A stretch of 62,871 nt of DNA, the filler included, from Welwitschia mirabilis (lineage: Eukaryota), in the NCBI GenBank assembly GCA_051453625.1. It is 8 parts of one record of this genome, joined end to end, with 100 filler letters (N's around TTAATTAATTAA, not from the genome) between each part and the next. Parts side by side here need not be neighbours in the genome. Positions count along the whole stretch, not along the records: positions 1 to 7,956 come from JBOZIK010000001.1; positions 8,057 to 25,452 come from JBOZIK010000001.1; 6 more parts are not named here. One strand, 5' to 3'. Position numbers and translations under genes: made by a program. This document shows, piece after piece, positions 1-14,499 of this stretch (its first letter is position 1; each line of letters begins with the position of its first letter). The notes beneath the pieces are model-generated. The model had not been told where the DNA came from, did no database searches, and worked only from the letters and a program-made list of their open reading frames with translations.

Positions 1-1110
1 GTAAATGTTGGCTTGATTGGTGCCCCATACGTCTGTGCCAAATAACTGAGGAGTCTCTCTGCTCGATCTTCAAAGCCGTATGTAACTTCATCGATCGAAA
101 ACAGTAGACCCCCCTTGAAGTTCATCCATTCTAATCAGCGTCATTAAAGTGTGATCCTGTATCACACAAAGTCGATTAGTAAAAAGTATTTAACAATTAT
201 TCTTGGAAATCAACTGGTGTATGAAAACTAAATTGCAAGTCAAATCAGGGACATAAAGAACATTAACTAATATAATGTTTTCATTTAACACAGCCCGACC
301 CTTCTTGGTAACTGTTGTTTTCATGCCATTCGGTAACATAACCGGCATTGGCATAGCATTTGTTACATCTCATAACAAGTCAATATCACTTGTCATATGA
401 TTGGATGCACCACTATCGAGAATCCACGTAAACGCATTAAATGTAATACCAGAGAGATGTTCTGAAGTATCTATAATGCTCAAAAGTTTCTTAATTTAAT
501 TTGCAAAAACCCCAAGTGTGTTTGGGCCGCTGTTTGGAGCATCTCCTACTATTGTCGATGTGCTTGACCCACCAGTTGCATGATAGGTTGCGGCCCTGCC
601 TTGCTGGCCATGATTCATATTTACTTTGGAAGCTCTGACACTTTAGGTATACTGTCTACCTTATTGTCCGTCTCATAAGGTGTCGTTCTTCCACCACTCT
701 AGGTAGTCAATAAGCTCAAAACACTCCAAAGGGTTCATGCCATGAATGGTTATAATGAGGATAACGATGCCCCTCATGTCCCCTCTGCATGCCATAGGAC
801 TACTACCTAGAAGCTCCAATGGATATGCCTTGCTGCTGATGGGTTTCCATTTCTCGTGGCCTCTCTGTTTGGGTGGCGAAAGCCATCACCTCTACCTTCT
901 CTTCTTGGCCTCATATGTTCAATCGTGTCAAGGAGGTATGACAACTATGCCACTCATAATCATAATGGCCCATGAGTAACCCGCTTTGATACCATGTTAA
1001 AAGAATAAGAGAGGAAAAAACTAAATAGAAATTTAATACTCTAAAGGAAGTTCCGTGAAGTGAGTCATGCAAAGGTAGTTCAATTCTATTAGATGTAAGT
1101 ATAGAGCCTT
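1..1110 (-). mobile_element. Ty1/Copia LTR retrotransposon, 5' part (LTR end, PBS, truncated gag, protease), decayed
   Basis: The minus strand at 391-426 reads WILDSGASNHMT (Copia protease motif). A post-zinc-knuckle CFELIDYLEWW-like motif lies at ~690-725. PBS at 983-994; the LTR starts TGTTAA at 995 and runs into the gap at 1111. Confidence 0.9.
983..994 (-). promoter_or_regulatory. Primer-binding site (tRNA-iMet type)
   Basis: GCTTTGATACCA is the reverse complement of TGGTATCAAAGC and directly abuts the LTR terminus at 995. Confidence 0.85.
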
Positions 1111-1440
1111 NNNNNNNNNNNNNNNNNNNNNNNNNNNNNNNNNNNNNNNNNNNNNNNNNNNNNNNNNNNNNNNNNNNNNNNNNNNNNNNNNNNNNNNNNN
1201 NNNNNNNNNNATAAATTCCTAATTTAAAGGTCTAAATCCTATAAAATTAATTGATTCATTACAATTATATACTAATATAAGAATCATCTTAGATGTAGGC
1301 TAGCAAAGAATAAAAATATAGTTAATGTTATGTTGTATTCTTGTCTTATTCCCTTTCTTATTTATAATCCTCTTCTTTTGATTATCATGAAATCATTACT
1401 AATCTTTGCATTCCGTAACATAACATCACATGTTTTATAA

Positions 1441-1486
1441 CACACACACACAAACACCCACACACACACACACCCACACACCCACA

Positions 1487-1533
<47 letters not shown>
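1441..1533. repeat. Imperfect (CA)n microsatellite
   Basis: Directly visible CA run with a few interruptions. Confidence 0.97.
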
Positions 1534-1537
<4 letters not shown>

Positions 1538-3545
1538 AAGGTCATCATTTTAAATAAAAATAATAATTGTCATATGTATTGAAACTTCAAACTTTTAATA
1601 TCATGAAGTTTCATTCGTAAAACCAAAAAAACTATTATTTTTCTTGATTTTCATAGTAGATTTTTAATATGATAAGATCATATTAGATCACCCTTAGAAT
1701 CATATATCATACATATTAATGTAAAAAGTCTTACAAAGTTAACTTGAAAAAAATTCCTTAAGAATTTGCCAATAGTATGAGTGCATGTGTATCAAATTAA
1801 TGGAACTAAGTATATGCTATAAATTGGAGATATTTTACTACAACTATTTCTTATGATAAAACTTATATTGTCACCACATGAAATACATTATAATAGAAAA
1901 TATAAAGAATTAAAAAAATAATTTTATTGATTGATGAAAAACATACCTACATGTATGTTACTAAATTGCATTATAACACTAGTATAGAGAGAAAAACACA
2001 TATTTAAGAAAGTGTTTAGATAGGAAAGTTATCTATAGAGCTATTTAAAATCACTAATTACTTTCAAATACAATGACATAAGTCATAAAAGTGGTAGGAT
2101 AAAAAGATTCACATGATTAGACATAAGTGAACTATTGAAGTCAAAACATCAAATTGATGCTTTTTACTTATAAAAAATATGACATTAACATCAACTTGAG
2201 TAATTTATGCAAATTAAAGGTTAATTATGATTAATTAAATTGCAAATAATGGATTTAATTAATAAAATTATTTGAAACAATCATATACCCTTAAACCAAC
2301 TGAAAACGAGTTGCACTTTTGTAAAATTTGGCTTACAGTTCATAAAAATGCATAATAGAAACTCAAGTACGTATAAAATTATAATATAACCACTTAATCA
2401 CATTTTATTACATATTATAAGTTTAATAAACATAAAATTATAAACAAAATTTTATTTAAAGTATTTGTTTAGAAGACATGTACTTAGTCCACAACTAAAA
2501 GAAAGTAGAGAATATAAGAGAGAAAATACAAAGACATATTTTGGTATCATTGAGATTTTCTAAACATCATATTCTAGTCTACCATGTGCGATTTCAGTGA
2601 TTTCTAACTCAAAAATGCAATGCCCAATCAAACAAAATTGAAACATGTAAAGTGAATCATGTAAACATGATGTTTCAAGGGTTTTTTGGTTAAAATATCA
2701 AGCATGTAATATATTCAGAAATTGGTAAACATATGAACAAAGATGATAAGACATTTCAAAAGTTCATAAAAAGCATAAAAACACTCTAGGTTGAGCAAAA
2801 AAAGGTATTAAAAAATGAACTTTAAGAAGAGGAGAAGGAATCAAAGAATTTATGACAAACTTATTGAAAGAGAGATTTCACGTGTTTGAATGTAACTAAT
2901 ATTCCCACTACCAACATAAACATCAATAATTTTTTGAAAGAATAAGAATCTTTTTTGTAAGATACAAAAGAACATAATTAACCTCTTTCCAGTGTTTCAT
3001 GTAAATAAGCATCTTTCACCTCCCTTTTATTATACCTAAATGCTTGAATATGATTATGTATGTAACATTGAAACAAGTAAAAAAGGAGAAAGCTAAAGAA
3101 TGTCCTCACAGTGTCATTGAGATCTTCATCAAAAGAACAGAAAACGAAGTCAAATAGGAAAAATAAAATGCATAATAGAAACGTAGAAAAGCCAAGCTGT
3201 AACATGATCATTGATTGGCTGATGATTTCTTAATTTGATACAAGCCTTGACGCTGGAGGACTACGTCTCACTTATGAGTCACAAAAAATAATGATCCAGG
3301 CTAAACACCCTTTAATCTCTTATTAAATAAGGTGTACAGGTGAAATGCATGCCATATGTTTGTCATGTACATATGGAGGTAAATCATGCTTCCAATGCAT
3401 GCCTCATGCCTCATGCTAATGCATCATAACACCATGCATTAGATAGAAATTCAAATTAAAAATACATGCCCAGAGAGAATTGCATAAGGAATGAAGATGT
3501 GATAGAAGCTAACGGTCAGGTAAGCAATAATGTGAAGCAATAATG

Positions 3546-3859
3546 TGTTGAAAGAATAATAGAAAAAAGACTAAATAGAAATTTATTACTCTAAAGGGAG
3601 TTCTGTGAAATAAGTCATGCAAAGATAGTTCAATTCTGTTTAATGTAAGTAGAGTTCCTTTTATAAGCATACAAAGGAAATAACAATTCTTTTTCTTTTT
3701 TCTGTAACAGACCCACTAAATCTACTAACTTAATAACCATTTTCCTTTTTTTACAACAAATCCACTAACTCTACTAACTTAATAACCATTTCCCTTTTTG
3801 TAATCGATCCACTAACTCTATTAACTTAATAACTGTACAGAATATTTTACATGTCAACA
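3546..3859 (-). mobile_element. Solo LTR of the same Copia family as 995-1110
   Basis: TGTTGA...TCAACA termini. The first ~115 bp closely match 995-1110. It contains three tandem copies of CCACTAACTCTACTAACTTAATAAC. No matching TSD (TAATG/AGAAG). Confidence 0.85.
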
Positions 3860-6800
3860 AGAAGGACATCATTCATAGAGGACAAAAGGGATAGAACACT
3901 AAAGAGGAAAGGAGAATAGTAAATAACATGAAAACACTAGCACCAAAAAGGAATGCGCAAAGTAAGGTTGAAAGCGCATTGTTAGAAAGCATAGTGAGAA
4001 GGAATGCCATACCAAAACGATCAAGGGGCAAGGTGCAGGCATAAAGGAAATAATAGAGTAGTAACACAGGGAAGAGAAAAGATGGAATGGTAGAAAACAC
4101 CACTAGATTGAGGCACAGGTCTATTTTGTTTATCTCTTGAAAAGGTCTATTTTATTTTTTTATTTGAAATCGCATTTTAAAAAAGATTTTGCTTAAAAAA
4201 AGAAAGAAATTTTTTTTAATATCATAATTATGTATGCAAAGACATTTTTTTTAATATCATAATTATGTATGCAATATTTTTAGCTAATAGATCATTGTAT
4301 TAGAAAAAAATTAGACTTGCCAAACTAGCATTTTTTTAAATAATTTTCAAAAAAAAGGGGAGGGGTTTAAAATTTTTGCATCATATAGACATGAAAATTT
4401 GCATAGGACCTAATCAAAGTTCTAGACTTATAAAGTATATCTGCATTAGTTTCATTTAATTAATTTATAACATTTTTCAGTAGATTTATCTGAGTTATGT
4501 TATTCTCTTTACTTTCCAAATATCTTAGATGTTAAATAACATATCAAATATCACTTCACTGCCTGAAGCCGCGAATTTAAAGTTGTAAAAATATAGCTGT
4601 AACAACTACCACATCCACTTAGTTAAATCTACTTCTTGTACCTCTAAGTAATCTTGGAGAATGTTGCCACTTGAATGTAAACAAGATTATTTAACATATG
4701 TTGACTATGTAGGAAAAGGACAAATACGTAAAAAGGTAAATGCACAAAAGAGAAGAAATTTATTAAAAAGACAATCAAAGACAATATAGTATATTTTAAT
4801 ACAAGAACTCAAGGTGAGAAAGAAAAAATTAATTCTAGAGTAGAACAAGACAATTTTTTTGCATTTACTATTTCTTATTTTCATTCTTCTAGAACTTTGA
4901 TTAATTATAAAAATTAATTAATTTTTAATTATCCTTTAACTATTTTCACTCTCTTCACTTATAACTTGTATATCTAAGTCTTTACGTGTCAACTTCTACA
5001 CCAATTATTGCATCTAATACTCCTTGGGAATCTTATTCTAAATAGCCTTTAAATCAATCATCACTCAAAATTTATAAAAGCTCTAGTTTTACTATTACTT
5101 TAAAGAACTTATTAATAAATAAAAAGAGAGAAGTTCAAAATCATGTTGATTACTAGCCAGTAATTATGTGGAGTTAAAAAATTAAATGCATAGTTTATCT
5201 TTTTAGGAGAGGATAATTGGGATGATTTTCCAGACATGGCCAAATTGAATAACTCATTCTCACTTCAAAAAATGAAAAGAATAAAATTTTAAATTGTGCT
5301 TACATGGTTATTCTCCCTTTTTTTTCCTTATAAAAAAGGTGAAAATTTGGCTCTAAACTATCCCTATACAAAAGCCCAAAAAATTACAACTAACTATAAG
5401 AAGCCTTCATTAAGAGCTTCATGAATGAAACACTTATAAGAAGGAGAAGCAAAAAATTAACTAACTTTTAATAATATCCTTATGAAGATTATTCTTTTAT
5501 CTATGAGAGATATTCAATTTTCACATCTTCTAATCTAATGAATGAATTTACAAAAGTAGAACTCATAGATTATTTCTATAATGGATTAACTAGTCAAACC
5601 GAATAACTTGTAGACTTTTCAGGTGTTGGAAGTTTAATTTACTTAAGATCAGGTAACTCTTAGAGTTTATTAGAAGATCTAGATAATAAAAGTAAACATT
5701 TCCCTAAACCTTTATCTAAATAGAATAAAAATATAGGTCAAATGCTCAATAATTTGAAGAATATCAAATGCTCAAAGATTTGAAGGAGATATAACATGAA
5801 TAAGAATAACCAAATTCTAACATCCTTCTTAAGGGCTTTCTAGTGCTTGGAAGAGTTAAACAATAGCATTAGAAAATGCTAAAATGATACGTCCAACATC
5901 ACAACCTTTAACTTCTTTAAACTAATACAAAATATGTGAATAAATTTTTGACTTTATTAAGGATTATCCTACCCTACCAACTTGTATAGAAGTCATTTAT
6001 AATGAAGTTTGTGTATTTAACCAAATGCCAAATAACTTTGAAAATAATAAATAATATCCACTAAGAAATAATGGGCCTTTAGCATCATTTAGATCTTCAT
6101 TTGAAAATAGAGTTAGAAGGAATAACTTTTAACCCAACTTTTTCAACTATAAGAGGAGTAATTCCCTAAGAGATTCTATGGAAGAATCGAAAAAGATGCA
6201 AGCAAATATCAATAGAAATTTAGAAAATTAGGATAAAAACTTGAAAAAATTAATTGAAATCCTTCAACAAACCATGTTAGTAAATCAAAAACCTCAAGGT
6301 TTACTTGCCACTCAAAATATTTCAAACTCCTATGATGTGAAGAACTATTGAAAAGTGGTCATAAGAAGTGAATATGATACAACTCCCTATGAAGAAGACT
6401 CTGCTTCTAATAACAAATATAAGGAAGTGAATCATGAGAAAGACATTAGAGTTTTTAATCAACCAAAAGTTCCTCAAATATCCACTAAAAATCCAACTCA
6501 TAATAATTGAAGAAAAATGTTACTACTCCATGGATGGATAGATTGAATATCAACCCAACTTATGATGAACATTAGAACCCAATTATGAACTATATTAGTA
6601 TAAACTTATTCTTTTGGAAGATCCTTTAAGATAATCCAAAATATAACAAAATATAGAAGGATCTAGCAAGAAAAAAGAAAAAAAGGACAATACTAAGTAA
6701 AGTATTCATTACTAAATCTCATTTTACCTTGGCTATGTAAAAATGTCTTAAGTTTGAAGACCTAGGGGTATCCATTATACATGTTATTTTGAAGGGAAAT

Positions 6801-7572
6801 AAAAATATTTAAAAATCCTTAATTAACATAGGTGCACGTGTGAACACAATGTCTTTGCACATTTATAAGAGGTTTGGATTAGAAGAAAGAATTGAACCAA
6901 CTAAATTACTATTATAAATGGTAAATGCAATAATCAAAAGACCTATGTGGATGATAAAGGATTTATTCATTTAAATTGAGTAAGCTTTACACTCTATAGA
7001 TCATGTCATTATTGAAGTGGAACATAATGAAAGATTTCCTTTACTTCTATGGAGTGCTTTTTGTGCAACTACACATTGTGTTATTAATATGCATAGGAAT
7101 GATGGAATGTCATGTTGGTGATAGGAAGTTTAGCATTAAAGTGTTCGATGTAGTTAAAAATACAAGAGATATGAATTAATTCTTAAAGAATTAGTAAAAC
7201 CCTCCATGTTAGTTTAACACCATCCCTTAGAAGAAAGACTTCTTTCACTACATGACTCTACTTTATTTGATACTAAGGAAGAACATTTCACTAATTTGAA
7301 AAGTTTAAATTCCTATAATTCATGTAACCTTAAATTAAAATCTCTTATACAATCCTTCATGTAAAGAACTCCATAAAGAATTTAATCCTATTCTTGATCA
7401 TGACATCCAACATGTTTAATATATTAAAAATCTTTTAATCAAGATGGGTGTTTCAAAACCATAGAGGATGATTATGACATTAAGTTTAATGAATTATCTA
7501 ATGATCTCAAATATATTTTCTCATATAATAACTCAAAGAAACCATTAATCATAAATTCTTTCCTTTGTCCTT

Positions 7573-8165
7573 TGTTGGTGTCCCTAAATTGCACTTCAAA
7601 AGTAATCTATGCTTTAAATAAGGAAATTGCAATTAGGCTTAGTATAGGGTGAATTAACCAATGAATGTTATAATCTGGAGAGCATAAGGCAATAATATAA
7701 TTAAGCATATAAATGAAAAAGAATGTAACTTAAATTTCAATTCAATATTTTAAATAAATTTTGTGTTTTTATTAAGAAAAAAGGAAATTGACAATGCAAT
7801 TATTCTAATGTACCATGTAAAGTAGGAAGAGAAATGAAATGCAAGCCTATGATAACCAATTTTCTGAGTTGTTGTCACTCAACTCAGCCCTTATGACCTA
7901 TGTCTAATTTAGAATTAATCTAAGAAATAGCATTAACTAAACTTTAACACAAATCANNNNNNNNNNNNNNNNNNNNNNNNNNNNNNNNNNNNNNNNNNNN
8001 TTAATTAATTAANNNNNNNNNNNNNNNNNNNNNNNNNNNNNNNNNNNNNNNNNNNNTCATGATAAAGTGCCTGAAAATGACTGAATTGAGTTCCTGTTCC
8101 CTATAAAACATCACCAATTACACCATTAAAACATGACAAGTTGGGATCGCAAAATCCGTACTAAG
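7573..8165. mobile_element. LTR-like insertion between protease and RT of element A (spans an assembly linker)
   Basis: Non-coding block starting TGTTGGTG interrupts the PLIINS.L / L..LL pre-RT frame. The right end TACTAAGA is only a degenerate inverted terminus, and no TSD was found. Confidence 0.45.
7957..8056. other. Artificial contig linker N44-TTAATTAATTAA-N44 (also 25453, 36097, 49035, 53112, 56388, 59627)
   Basis: Identical 100-nt construct seven times. The 12-mer has stop codons in all six frames. Confidence 0.95.
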
Positions 8166-8169
8166 AAAG

Positions 8170-9744
8170 AGCTTTAATTTAACTTTTAACTTTAAAAATG
8201 AAAGCTTTTATTTGGACTCATAAATATCTAAGTATCATAACTTCTCATATTGTCCAATACAAGATCTACCTAGAAGACAATTCAAAACCCATTAAAAAAC
8301 CTTAATGAAAACTTAAGCTATCCCTTAAGCAAGTAGTCCAAGATGAAATAATTAAACTTATGCATGTTAAGATCATTTATCCTATTTCTAATAGTGAATG
8401 GTTAGTCCTCTTACATTTGTACCTAATAAGGGAGAAAATGATGAGTATGCATTAATTCTAGGAAACTTAATGATATCATTAAAAAGAATTATTATCCTTT
8501 ACATTTTTTAAATAAAGTTCTTGATAGAATCTAATGTTATGGTTCTTCTTGTTTTCTTGATGGGTATAGTAAATACAACCAAGATTTCATAGTCAATGAA
8601 GAATATGCCAAGACTACTTTTAGCTCTTTTTTAGCACCTTTGCTTTTAAAAGAGTGTTCTTTGGCTTATGTAATGCTTTGAAAATCTCTCAAAGAGCCAT
8701 GATGGGTATTTTATCTGATATGATAAAATATTTTATAGAGATCTTTATGAATGATGTTTTATATTTGGTGATTTCTTTGAACAAATCTTATAAAGATTAG
8801 AAAAAGTCCCTAACCATTGCATGGAAAGTAGCCTTCATCTTTGTTGGGAAAATATTCATTTTCTTATAAGGAATGGAATCATACTTAGATATCATATTTT
8901 TAACTAGGAAATTAGAATGAATTCTTTAAAAAATAATATCATCAAAAATCTTCCTCCTCCAATTAATGTCAAATAAGTAAGATCTTTTCTTAGTCATGCT
9001 AACTTCTATAAAAGATTAATTATAGATTATGTCAAAATTTATAAGCCCATTCATTCACATCTTGAAAAAGATGTAAAATTTGATTATACCAATACTTGTT
9101 AAGTATCCTTTTAAAAACATAAGGATAAGATCACTTCCAAAATAATTATGACATGACCTTATTAGAATGAATATTTGAACTTATGTGTAATGCTTACAAT
9201 GTTATCACTTAAAATAAAAACATGATAAGGGATATAACATTATTTCCTATATTAGTAAAATTCTTTTAGGATCCCAATCTAATTATGCCACCATTAAAAA
9301 ATAAATGCTAGCCATTATCTTTTGCTTAGATAAACTTTGACATTACCTTTCTAGAGTTTATACCAATGTCTACACTAATCATGCTTCCATTACATATTTT
9401 ATGATAAAGAAATATTCAAGTGCTATACTTATAATATGGACACTCTTAATGTAAGAATTCCACCTAACCATCATAAACAAAGAAGAAAAACATAATTGTG
9501 TTGCTAAGCATCTTTCATGTATGCCTTAAGAAAGGAGTATCTTATACTTTTCTCTTAACCTTTCTATTAAGGATTCCTTTCAAGATAAACAGTTATTTCA
9601 CATTTATTTCATATTGGTATGCAAATATTATCAATTATGTTGTTACTTTTAAAAATCCCCAACATTGGACTTCTAATTGAAGAAAAACCTTTCTTCATAT
9701 AATATGGGATTATGAATGGATCAAGTTTGTTTTTAATAGAGAAC
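8170..9744 (+). pseudogene. pol: Gypsy RT-RNase H remnant (element A)
   Basis: Motifs IIYPISNSEW, FLDGYSKYNQ, FGLCNA, IEIFMND, LMCNA, NYATIKK*MLA and YTNHA, with many stops and frameshifts. Confidence 0.9.
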
Positions 9745-10730
9745 TGATTGGAACTAATTTTGATGTAAATTTTACTTATTAATGAAATACTTTTGTTTTT
9801 ATAATTATACATTTGAAATGGTATTAGAAATTTTTCTTTAGTAATTAAGTTAACATACTATCTAGTCAACAAGTTAATTAATTATTATGTTAGTAGGTTA
9901 GATATATATATATATATACACACACATATATGTATGCATATATATTACATCATTGTGTTATAGGTACAAGATGTCCTTTAGCATGATGATAAAATAGAAG
10001 ACTAAGGTGGCAAAAATGCAATAACAACCATAAACCTATTCTAAGGAGAAAAGAAAGAAAATGGCAAAATAGAAAGGGGTATAAGGAGAAGATCACCATA
10101 AAAAGTGGAGACCTTTTGGCAAAAGGCTCTAGTAATAGAACTCAATAAGAAGGTCAAAAAGAAAAGCTCTAGCCATTCTACAAAGGGCATAGCAACATCC
10201 TCACATTTTAGTATTACTTGTAAAGGAAAACACAAACTCATTAATACCTTTTTGTGTAACATTTTAGTGTTTCAATATAAAGCTAAAAATCTAATATTTT
10301 GAGTATTATTTTATGCATCTTTAATTAATTACAAAAGTAATATTATCTTCTACTTGCTCCTATTTGTGTAGCTAAATATAAATTAGGATAATTAGCAATA
10401 CTTAGAGAATAAGTCTTATTTAGTATTCAGCAAAAGTTCTATTATGTTTGTTTAATTCTCTTTATTTTTCCTAATGTAATATATGTGTATAGTAAAATTG
10501 TCAATTATCAACCTAACTAGTTCAAGTAACTTCATCATGAGCCTATCATGATGATGCATTTTGAACTAAATGTTTGAAGTACTAATAATTTCAACTAGTT
10601 TTTTAGTAAATATTTGAATTTTTATTCAATGGTTTGAGCTTATTTTAGGTTAAAAACATCATTATTTTGTTTCTTTTTTAGCATAATTATTAATATTTTT
10701 TGCATTATTTCATAACTTAAGCTTCCATCA
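9745..10730 (+). repeat. 5' LTR of element B
   Basis: TGATTGG...CCATCA; colinear direct repeat of 17129-18078. Confidence 0.92.
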
Positions 10731-11199
10731 TTTTGATGCTAGAAGAAATACCATCCTACAGTGAACTAGTAGAGAAGAAAAAAACTATAATTCAATGAGA
10801 TAGCCAAGGAAAATGATGAGATTAAAAAGGTAAGTAGGTTAAAGACCCTGACAAATATAACTTGAATGAGAAAACTGGAAGTAGAGGTAAAATAAAATAG
10901 AAGAGTAAGATCTTATAATGGATGAAACTAATCTTGAAAAGACTATGAAAGAGTAAATCTTTTCCAAATTAATGAATGAATTTCAATAGTAATTACTTAT
11001 ACTCCTTAAACCATCTCTTGATTAAGGAAAATCATTTCAAATAGCTCAAATAAATAAACCTAAACATAAATTTGTAGTAGGATGATATTAAGAAGATGAT
11101 GGAGATTTAAGACCTTTAAATTATAATACCCATTAGCTAAAAGACTTAAGTTCCATTAATCCTATAGCCTTAGAACATCTAAATAAAGTGAGAAATATA

Positions 11200-11620
11200 A
11201 ATATAACATCAATATTCACTTTTAAGGATAACAAATCAGAAGAACCATGCTACATTTAAGTCTATTTGATTTCTTTTATAAAGAAAATTATTTTGATTTA
11301 GAATCTGCTTATGTAACATATTTTCCTTTTCTTTAAAAGGGAATGCTTGGTTGTGTATTACAGAAATCATAATCATACTTTAGTTTATGAAAAGTTCTTA
11401 AGAATGCTTTCTTAGCTAAATTTTAACCCACAAGGATAGTTAAAGATTTAAGAAAATAAATTTTGATTATTAAACAAAACGATAATGAAGAATTTGATGA
11501 ATTCATGAATAGGTATAATAAATTATTAGCTAAATGTCCTAACCATAGAATTGTAGCTAAAGAATCAGTTAGAGATTTACTTAAAGGATTACATAGAAAG
11601 CAACAAAATAAATAATGTTC
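11200..11620 (+). pseudogene. gag: Retrotransposon gag remnant (element B)
   Basis: FLAKF*P...KQNDNEEFDEFMNRYNKLLAKCPNHRI matches the Athila-type gag core (Q..E....WER+K.LL.KCP.HG). Confidence 0.8.
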
Positions 11621-12639
11621 AAGAAGTAGAAGAAGTTATTAGTTTTATGACACAAATAAAAAATGGAAATAAGAAATTGAAAAGAAGAAAAGAGTAAATG
11701 AAGTATTTACCGTAGAAGCAAAGGCTAGTGTATATAGTTTAAAACATGTCAATCTTATAAAATAAATAGCTAAAAAAGTGATTGATAGTATGATAGAAAA
11801 TTTTAATTTATTAGTTATATAACACTTTAAATAGAAAGAAGGACCTAAATGCAAACATTATGAAGAAGATAATCATAAAGAAATAGGATATCCCTAGATG
11901 CAATAATTTGTTTATTAGTTGGATATTAATATGTTAACTTTAAATATAGGAAAAAAAACCTTAAATAAGGGGAAAAAACCATATTCATACCAAAGTAGAA
12001 AATGAAAAGGTAAGTTAGAAAGGCATTTAAAAAGGAATATAAATTTAAAAAGACAAAAACAATATGATTAGTATAGGAATTGGAGAAATAGAAACTCAAA
12101 AAACATAAGAGAAAGATCATAAGTACAGAAGAAAGAAAGGAAAATTCCTTCTTAACCTCAATCAAATACAAGAAAAGAAACAAGTAAAGTAATGACTACT
12201 AGATCTGGGAAACAAATGGTGGCACATAAACCACAAGAAAAGGAGATAAATTTAAATACTTCTCCAAATGATGAAAATAAAAATATCAAAAGAAAGTAGT
12301 AGATGATTCATCAATGGATCCTCTACCTTTTTCCATAAGAAGTAAACAAATAGAACAACCAAAAATTAAAAAACACAAAATATTTAACAAAAGTTTTAAA
12401 AGATATAATAATATCGTTACCTCTAATAAAATTACTAAAAAATGTACCTATGTACTAAAAAGCAAATAAATATCATTTTCTTAAAAAAAGGAATAACAAG
12501 GAAAGTAATAAGGAAAAGCATATTGAGACAATTAGGAAAGGTTAATTTTCTTCGACTTCCACATAAGTTTTGTAAAATAAATAACATGAAAAATATAGCA
12601 ATCCATTAACACCTATGATAGACATAAAATTAATGGAAA

Positions 12640-13855
12640 ACTCAAAGTAGAAGTACTTGTGGATCTAGGAGAAAGCATTAATTTGATGGCCTATAAAACT
12701 TATTAGGAATTAGAAAAGTCAAAATTGATACCTTCCTAATACCTAGTAGATGGATTAGCAGTAATATAAAAGGAGTTCTAAAGGATGTACCCATCAAACT
12801 CTAGGGATTTATCTACCTAATTGATTTTTTAGTAATGAAAACTCATGGAGATACCCATGAAATAATTTTAAAAACATGTTGAATGGCTATTGTAGATGCC
12901 ATAATTTATTTGAGTAGAGGGGTAATGAAAATTAGTTTAAGATATCTTAAGAAGAAGATCAAATTGTCTGGTGTAATGGTAGAAGAGATGGCACAAAATA
13001 AAAAAGTTAATGTAATTCTAAAAGGTTAGTGTAATGTTAAATAAAGAAAATGAAGAAAAGTATGAAAAGTAAAATTTGACATCTCAAGAAGTCAAAAAGC
13101 CCCTAATTAAGGAAGGATCAAACCATCTCAAACTAGCTCTAAATAGACCCTTTGATTATAAATAGTTATTTAGATTATTCTTAAAAAAATAAAATAATGT
13201 TAACTAGAAGAAAATGATCTTTTTCTTAGAATAATACAGATATTAAAGAGATAGAACTGAGAATATATTAACACAAAATTTATTTGGATACCTCTATCAA
13301 ACCAAACAAGTAGCCAAAAAGGGGATGTAACTCATATATATAAGAAATAATTAAATAAGAAATTTCTAAACTTTTAGATGTTGGATTCATATATCCTATA
13401 TCTTATTTAAAATAAGTAAGTTTTATCACAGTGGTACTAAAGAAAAGAAATAAATAGAGAGTATGTATAAATTTTTAAATGTTTAATACTACAACTTATA
13501 AAGATCATTTTCTTCTTTCATTTATAGATCAATTTTAGAAAGAGTAGCTAGATATTTATACTATAGTTTTTTAGATAGATATAATGGATATAATTAGATC
13601 CTAATAGCTTTAGAGGATTAAGCCAAGAAAAAGTTCGCTTATCATCAGGGTACTTATTCCTATAAATTATTACTATTTGAATTATGTAATGCCCCTGCTA
13701 CTTTTTAAAGGTCAGTAAATAGCATTTTTCAGGATATGATAGGAAGATCTCTTAAATTATTTATGGATGATTTCTTTACTTTTGGAAATGATTTTGATAA
13801 GTCACTTGACAAATTGAAAACTATTTTAGAGAGATGTGAAGAAAAACATATTCTG
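12640..13855 (+). pseudogene. pol: Protease and RT remnant (element B), ends before RNase H
   Basis: VLVDLGESINLM (~12655), LLDVGFIYPIS, KDHFLLSFIDQ, FLDRYNGYN*I, LFELCNAPATF and LFMDDF. Homology stops at ~13855. Confidence 0.9.
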
Positions 13856-14499
13856 GGTAACCCATCCTCATTATTAATGACCTCCATTGCAAGTTAACAA
13901 ATATCTTCCTTTCATATTACCTAAATCATGTTAGCCTTCATAATGTTTGTTTTACATTAATTAATTTTCTTATCATTCTTCTTATCACCATGTCATTCCA
14001 TTTTCCAACATTAGCACCCACATGAAATAATTCCATTTCCAACTATTTTCCTAGTAAAAATTTTGCATTTACTCCTTGAACATGTGAATTTAATGCAATA
14101 TTAAGTATGAGTGTTTTCCTATTTTATGTGGAGAACAAGTAAGTAATTCCACTTTTACTTCTACATTTTTACTCTATTATGCTTTCATGCTTTTTTGTGC
14201 TTTCTTTTGTTACATTCTTTTGAATTATAGTGGAACATCTTCATGAAAAATATCAAGACATCTAATGAATTATTTTTAGCATTCAAAAGTATGCCAAAAT
14301 TAACATGAGGATTATAATTTAAAAAATATAATTTTACCGATATTTTTGCAAATTTAGTGAAAGCACATCTCGAAGTTTGTGAAAACAACTCTATAAAAAT
14401 ACATTTTATATTATTTTTAAAAAATAATTACTTAGTGAATTTTTTTTAAACATTATTACTTAACAAGCATTTCTTTAAAACATCTCTTTTAATAAACAA

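Noticed and set aside
746-12183. Short hydrophobic F/L/I-rich ORFs as membrane proteins
   Set aside because: Expected from T-rich strands of AT-rich TE DNA, with no recognisable family motifs.
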